IMG/VR virus record: IMGVR_UViG_3300044856_000190
Span: 2,195 to 66,194 of that record
DNA: 64,000 nt
Reading direction: 5' to 3' (one strand)
Source of the DNA: a virus
Taxonomy: Duplodnaviria; Caudoviricetes
Shown: piece by piece, positions 59,045 through 64,000 of the stretch
How the letters are laid out: every line of letters begins with the position of its first letter
Numbering within the stretch: the stretch's first letter is position 1
Translations under genes and position numbers: made by a program
Notes under the pieces: model-generated
Told to the model about the DNA's origin: nothing
Seen by the model: the letters and a program-made list of their open reading frames with translations, nothing else
Database searches by the model: none

Positions 59045-59536
59045 ATGTACCACGACGGTATAGCACTGAATGATTATTACTTAAATCAATTCGTCGTGCA
59101 TAACACAATACTACCAATTATTTGTCAACCAAAATATCCTATACCAGATTCTACATCATCATCAATTGGATTTAAGGATATTGCTAAAGGAGGTTTAAGA
59201 GCATTGTTAAATATTGCAACTAATGTGGATATTGATGTAAAGAAAGTTCAGTATCCAGTAACATTTGAAAAGAGAAATGTTTGTGTCCACTGTGGAGGAG
59301 AAGGAACTCTTAGATTTGTGGATGCTTTTGGAAGAGAAACTCGAAAAGAGATTGCTGCATTTGAGCATATTAAATGTACAAAATGTGGTAGAGTATATTC
59401 TATTGATTGGAAGAGAGATCCTGTCAACGTAAATAGAATGTATCCAGTTGCTGTAGATCCATCTATTGGTCAGCAGTTTGATAACTTCTTAAATCGTAAA
59501 GAGATCAGATCAGATGGATCTTACGATTATTATTAA
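59045..59536 (+). CDS. Zn-ribbon protein (163 aa)
   Basis: CVHCG...CTKCG; early promoter at 59009-59021; SD AAGGAGG. Confidence 0.75.
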   Translation: MYHDGIALNDYYLNQFVVHNTILPIICQPKYPIPDSTSSSIGFKDIAKGGLRALLNIATNVDIDVKKVQYPVTFEKRNVCVHCGGEGTLRFVDAFGRETRKEIAAFEHIKCTKCGRVYSIDWKRDPVNVNRMYPVAVDPSIGQQFDNFLNRKEIRSDGSYDYY

Positions 59537-59550
59537 TATAAAAGCAGAAA

Positions 59551-59562
59551 AACTTTTATATA
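59551..59562 (+). promoter_or_regulatory. AACT-N6-TA promoter of sbcC
   Basis: AACT TTTATA TA. Confidence 0.6.
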
Positions 59563-59587
59563 AATAATATGAAAGAGGAATTTTTAT

Positions 59588-62272
59588 ATGAGATATATAA
59601 GAGCCAGGTTTACTGGATATATAGGCTTCTATAATGGTATGGGTCTGGATGTTGTAGATATAGACTTCTCAAGATGTATGCATAATATTGTTTTAATTTG
59701 TGGTGCCAATGGTACTGGAAAATCTACATTAGAGAATGCATTAAATATCTTTCCAGATCCATCGTCTTCTTTCACGCCTAATAAGGATGCAGAGAAATAT
59801 TTAGTATTAAGAGATGAATCAAATATCTATGAAATACAAATTATTTCTGCATCTGATTTAAAAGGTGGTAGAAAGACGACTAAAGCTTATATAAAAAAGA
59901 ACAATGTTGAATTAAATTCAAATGGTAACATATCTTCTTACAAAGATATTATTTTTTCTGAATTTGAGCTAGATAACAACTATATTTCACTATCAAAACT
60001 CTCAAATGATGATCGTGGATTAGGAGATAAGAAACCTGCGGAGAGAAAAAGATTTGCTTCAAATATAATTGATAATCTGGAGGTTTATAATAATATCTAT
60101 AAGACTCTAAATAAAAAATCTTTAGTATATAAATCTCAACTCAATACATTACATACCAAGATTCAAAATATTGGTATTAAAGAAAACTTAGAAACAAATC
60201 TAGCTAATCTTAGAAATAAAGAGTCAGCTATGAATAAACAGATGATGGATTTGAATAATTCTATTGTAGCTATTCAGGCTAAGAATTCTATAGATGAATC
60301 AGAAGCTATAAAGATACAAAATCTAAATCAACAACTTAACGATGCAAAAGAAGCTATGGATCAATTAATGAACCATATTAATATCATGGCTAATAGAATG
60401 AAAATTTCATTTGATGATATTGGATCTAAGTATGATAAGGATAGAGAGCTTCTTAATGTCTATGAAACAAAATTAGAATCGATAAAAGCTGACTGGAAAG
60501 GTAAATCGAATAGATTATCTTCTGTTTCTGAATCAATAGCTACAATGGAAGCTCAGATAAATAGTTCTGAATTTGATGATTCTATTTCTGGTAGATATAA
60601 ACAGTCTAATGATAAAATCAAAGAGATTCAAAAATCAATATCAGAATTACCAATTCCAGCTTTACCAGATATGTATTTATTGTATAGCTTTAATGAATTT
60701 TGTTCCAAGTTCATAGAATCTATTGATGTATTCTTTGATAATATGAAACCATCAGATATAGAATTTGTAGTTCATCATAATATTACAGATGAGATCTCTA
60801 AATATACAAATCAACAGAATAGAATTATATTAGAGATAGATTCTGTAAAAGATGAGATTGCAAAAGTAAGAGATGATATGAATCAAGTATCTGCATTTTC
60901 ATCAAAACCAAAAGATTGTAAAATTAACGATTGTCCATTTATATCTGCTGGATATAAGATTATTAAAGATCTTAATGGAGGGCACATAGAGGATAGATTA
61001 ATATCGTTACATGCAAAATTAGAAGATCTTTCCAAGAGTATTACTGATACTCAGCAATTAATAGATTATTGCAACTCTATGATCTCTAAATCAACGCAAT
61101 ATCAATCGATTAGAGCACTAGTTTCAGATAATAGTGATAGTATTTCATTATTTGATCCTAATTTATTAAGTAATCTTGATGATATGCTAATCAATACAAA
61201 TACTTTTGGATTTGAAAGGGATCACCAAGTAATTGTAGATGCTATTAATCTTTATTTAATGCTGGAGAGTGAACAGAAAATAAATAAAGAATTAGAAATT
61301 CAGTATAAGAGTTTTTCAGATAAAATCCAATTAATTAACTCTAATAAAGCAATTATAGAGAAAATGAAATTGGAAAGAGATGAACTGATTGCTGATATAA
61401 ATTCTTTAAAATCTGAAATAGATAATTATGAGTCTTTGATTAATCAACTTAATACAAATATTGTAAATGAAGCAGAGTATTCTAGATTTGTAGATAACTA
61501 TAATGAGCAAAAGAAAATATATAATGATGCAAAATCTAAATTAGATGAGTATTCAGAGAAAGCTGCTAAAGCAACTGAAGATTTATCTAAGATCCAAGGA
61601 ATGAGATCTGAAATTGATGAGTTGTCAGCTTTGTTGGAACCTGTGATGCGAGGTATTAGCGCAATTTCTGGACAACTTACTTTGATTGATTCCTATTATA
61701 AGGAATATAATGAGTATAAGCAACAATATGATATGATTGAAGTAATTAAGAAATATTGTTCTCCAACTGGAGGTGGTATTCAAACATTATTCATGCAAAT
61801 CTATATGGCTAAAACTTTAGATTTGTCGAACCAATTATTAGGAATGCTATTCAATGGTGAATATCAATTGATGGAATTTGTTATTAATGAATCTGAATTT
61901 AGAATTCCATTTGTAGGTAATGGACTACCTGTAGATGATATTAGTTCTGGTTCTAGTTCTCAAATTGCAATTATGGGAATGATTATCAATCTTGTATTAC
62001 TACATCAAGCTTCTACAAAATTTAATATTGCAAGATTGGATGAGATTGATGGTCCATTGGATACAAATAACAGATTAGGATTTGTAAATACACTTTACAA
62101 TCTTATTCAGATGCTTGGAATTGAGCAATTATTCTTGATATCTCATTCTATTGAAGCAGATACTTCTTCTGTAGATATTATTAAATTCAAATACAATGAG
62201 GAATTAGAAAGTAATATCTTAGGAAATGTAATTTATGATTACAAAGAAGAGTATGAGAAAACATTAAAATAA
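59588..62272 (+). CDS. sbcC: SbcC/Rad50-family SMC-like ATPase
   Basis: CGANGTGKST, long coiled coil with central C..NDCPF, signature ISSGSSSQ, Walker B/D-loop LDEIDGPLD, H-loop LISH. Confidence 0.92.
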   Translation: MRYIRARFTGYIGFYNGMGLDVVDIDFSRCMHNIVLICGANGTGKSTLENALNIFPDPSSSFTPNKDAEKYLVLRDESNIYEIQIISASDLKGGRKTTKAYIKKNNVELNSNGNISSYKDIIFSEFELDNNYISLSKLSNDDRGLGDKKPAERKRFASNIIDNLEVYNNIYKTLNKKSLVYKSQLNTLHTKIQNIGIKENLETNLANLRNKESAMNKQMMDLNNSIVAIQAKNSIDESEAIKIQNLNQQLNDAKEAMDQLMNHINIMANRMKISFDDIGSKYDKDRELLNVYETKLESIKADWKGKSNRLSSVSESIATMEAQINSSEFDDSISGRYKQSNDKIKEIQKSISELPIPALPDMYLLYSFNEFCSKFIESIDVFFDNMKPSDIEFVVHHNITDEISKYTNQQNRIILEIDSVKDEIAKVRDDMNQVSAFSSKPKDCKINDCPFISAGYKIIKDLNGGHIEDRLISLHAKLEDLSKSITDTQQLIDYCNSMISKSTQYQSIRALVSDNSDSISLFDPNLLSNLDDMLINTNTFGFERDHQVIVDAINLYLMLESEQKINKELEIQYKSFSDKIQLINSNKAIIEKMKLERDELIADINSLKSEIDNYESLINQLNTNIVNEAEYSRFVDNYNEQKKIYNDAKSKLDEYSEKAAKATEDLSKIQGMRSEIDELSALLEPVMRGISAISGQLTLIDSYYKEYNEYKQQYDMIEVIKKYCSPTGGGIQTLFMQIYMAKTLDLSNQLLGMLFNGEYQLMEFVINESEFRIPFVGNGLPVDDISSGSSSQIAIMGMIINLVLLHQASTKFNIARLDEIDGPLDTNNRLGFVNTLYNLIQMLGIEQLFLISHSIEADTSSVDIIKFKYNEELESNILGNVIYDYKEEYEKTLK

Positions 62273-62292
62273 TTTAAAGGAGGAATATTATT

Positions 62293-62565
62293 ATGAATCT
62301 TATTGTATTAAACAATGAATTGAAAGAATTGGAAGAGAAATTACGTTTAACAAAGAACGCAGTAGACAGAGCAATTCTTGCTGATAAAATCAGATTAAAG
62401 AAAGAGCAGATTAGAAAAGAAAATGAAGTAGAGGACGAGAATTGTGATGATTGTTCTCCCGCTACCCCTGTAGTAAAACCTACTACAGCTCCAAATAATA
62501 CTCCAGTTGATCGTAAAGATATTAAACGTGGAGAAGCTATGGATGTAAATAACAATAAGAAATAA
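62293..62565 (+). CDS. small coiled-coil protein (90 aa)
   Basis: SD AAGGAGG; heptad-rich N-terminus. Confidence 0.7.
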   Translation: MNLIVLNNELKELEEKLRLTKNAVDRAILADKIRLKKEQIRKENEVEDENCDDCSPATPVVKPTTAPNNTPVDRKDIKRGEAMDVNNNKK

Positions 62566-62570
62566 ATAAG

Positions 62571-62599
62571 AACCAGTAGAGTGATAAGCTCTACTGGTT
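62571..62599. terminator. bidirectional terminator
   Basis: AACCAGTAGAG/CTCTACTGGTT between convergent genes. Confidence 0.8.
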
Positions 62600-62608
62600 T
62601 CTTTTTTG

Positions 62609-63706
62609 CTAATACTGAGAAGTAACGTCATCATTGATAACAACAATAGGAAATGTTTCATTAAGGTTAATATTCTTTGCAGTCTTAGTTTTAAGATCAA
62701 GAGTTGTATCAGCCATAAACATTTCATCATATACAGGTACATTTGGAATTACCTGTCCTGTAGCAAGATTCATCATCTGGAACATCTTATTTCCAGTAGA
62801 AGCATCATATACTACAACCTGCTTAACATTAGGATCTCCCTCATATCTCATAAGATTCTGCTCAGGTGTTAAATTACTCTCATAATTCAGATATCCTAAA
62901 TCTAACTGTCCGCCTTGTGCAATATTTCCATCTCTTAAATCTGCCCTTACGATACCAGATCCAAAGATAGAACTATCAACCTGTGGAACCTGAGGAGACT
63001 GTATATTAACCTGAGGGTTAGCAATAAATGATTTATACAGATCTGCAATGTATTTATCATCATTCATAGCAGACTGAGCAGCCTTCTGATCTTTATATCT
63101 CTTATAATCAAGATCATTTGACTTGGTAATTGAGTTATTGATTTCTCGAATAGCTGCAATTCTATTACTAATTCCAGATCCAATATTCTCAGATAATCCG
63201 ATCATTACATTGTATTTGTTTTTCATAGTTCTACTATGACTAACCATATCAAACTGACTAACTAATTCTCTATTAATTGCATCAATCTGTCCGAGAGTTT
63301 CTCTCAGCATTCCAGTTGTTTCAGCATAAGTATATGATGTAGGTGCATCTTCTACAACTCCATCTACTTTATCAGGCTTTTCATCTTTTGCTTTTACAAT
63401 TCCTTCAACTTTCTTAGAAGCTGGTAAGTCTGATTTAGATTTTTTTCGTCTTTTTCGATTCTCAACTTCAAAATCTGAAGGATCATCAATTGTAATAGTA
63501 TTCTCTTTATTCACACTGAATAAATGTTTCTTTTTTCCAGATCCTTCCATTGTAATTTCTGGTGGTTGATACGGTACTGGCTTTGGAACCATATTTTGTA
63601 CCTGGGGATTCTGTTGCATTTGCTGAGTATACATTGACATGTTTTGATTAGTATTATACATATCCATAGGAATTCCACTAAATTGTGGAGAGTTGATATA
63701 TTCCAT
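62609..63706 (-). CDS. hypothetical protein (365 aa) with Q/N/M-rich N-terminus, basic patch and coiled coil
   Basis: SD AAGGAGG; early-type motif at 63726-63740. Confidence 0.75.
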   Translation of the reverse strand: MEYINSPQFSGIPMDMYNTNQNMSMYTQQMQQNPQVQNMVPKPVPYQPPEITMEGSGKKKHLFSVNKENTITIDDPSDFEVENRKRRKKSKSDLPASKKVEGIVKAKDEKPDKVDGVVEDAPTSYTYAETTGMLRETLGQIDAINRELVSQFDMVSHSRTMKNKYNVMIGLSENIGSGISNRIAAIREINNSITKSNDLDYKRYKDQKAAQSAMNDDKYIADLYKSFIANPQVNIQSPQVPQVDSSIFGSGIVRADLRDGNIAQGGQLDLGYLNYESNLTPEQNLMRYEGDPNVKQVVVYDASTGNKMFQMMNLATGQVIPNVPVYDEMFMADTTLDLKTKTAKNINLNETFPIVVINDDVTSQY

Positions 63707-63799
63707 TTTTGTAACCTCCTTTATGATTATATAATATAAAATTGAATTATGTATTCAGATTATTTCCCTGTAATTCATTTTGAAAAGTAGTCATGGAAA

Positions 63800-63811
63800 A
63801 ACATTCGATTA
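63800..63811 (+). promoter_or_regulatory. AACA-N6-TA promoter
   Basis: AACA TTCGAT TA. Confidence 0.65.
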
Positions 63812-63837
63812 ATACAATTTAAGGAGGAACTCTATTA

Positions 63838-64000
63838 ATGGGAATGATTCCACAGCTTGAAGATAGATATCCAGAAGGATCAAATTTAACGATTATGAAT
63901 ACTTATTATAATTATCCAATGTTTCAAGATGGAAAGAAAAAGATGGATGATTTTATTGCTTTAGTTTATAAAGATAATAATACTGGTAAAAAAGGATATA
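63838..64000 (+). CDS. 5' partial gene running off the window, possibly the family B DNA polymerase N-terminus
   Basis: SD AAGGAGG; translates MGMIPQLEDRYPEGSNLTIMNTYYNYPMFQDGKKKMDDFIALVYKDNNTGKKGY; the polymerase call rests on recalled resemblance and context only; AACA-N6-TA at 63800-63811. Confidence 0.4.
   Translation, partial: MGMIPQLEDRYPEGSNLTIMNTYYNYPMFQDGKKKMDDFIALVYKDNNTGKKGY

Noticed and set aside
11356-62885. Short antisense or alternate-frame ORFs in the track (e.g. 11356, 12731, 16953, 25619, 30643, 34995, 40834, 48199, 52196, 54775, 55411, 62274-62885)
   Set aside because: They overlap well-supported genes, lack SD sites and have the Ile/Leu/Phe/Ser-rich composition typical of shadow frames of AT-rich coding DNA
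1-64000. Alternative genetic code (stop-codon reassignment as in some gut jumbo phages)
   Set aside because: Conserved enzymes are full length under code 11 and end at TAA, TAG (e.g. 23947, 27037, 49131) and TGA (e.g. 26658); the stop at 16615 is an isolated case

Overview
AT-rich (roughly 70-75% AT by eye), gene-dense segment of a jumbo bacteriophage genome of the phiKZ/AR9(PBS1)/phiR1-37-type lineage. It uses the standard genetic code, and strong AGGAGG Shine-Dalgarno sites suggest a Bacillota host. The window encodes pieces of two split multisubunit RNA polymerases: beta-N, beta-C and beta'-C of one enzyme, plus a separate 240-aa beta C-terminal fragment of a second, probably virion-packaged, enzyme. 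Replication and recombination genes include DnaB, SF2 and Dda-like helicases, RecA, SbcC/SbcD, a PD-(D/E)XK exonuclease, NAD-dependent ligase, GyrB/GyrA-type topoisomerase II and probably the start of a DNA polymerase. There are a few baseplate/virion genes, two tRNAs (Gln-UUG, Asn-GUU) and several tandem paralog families. Two phage promoter classes are readable from the sequence: an ATATA(T/C)TATA early type and an (A/C)ACN-N6-TA type matching the uracil-dependent AR9 non-virion RNAP promoter. The most striking unexplained signal is a short peptide motif, [S/C]-P-[V/I]-x-F, appended, often in tandem, to the tails or insertions of many unrelated replication and transcription enzymes. It is a candidate docking or targeting code. 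Other leads are two candidate structured non-coding RNAs, a prion-like Zn-binding protein, a papain-like paralog pair with an in-frame stop, and a shared stem motif in terminators. All functional calls come from motif recognition by eye; no database searches were run.
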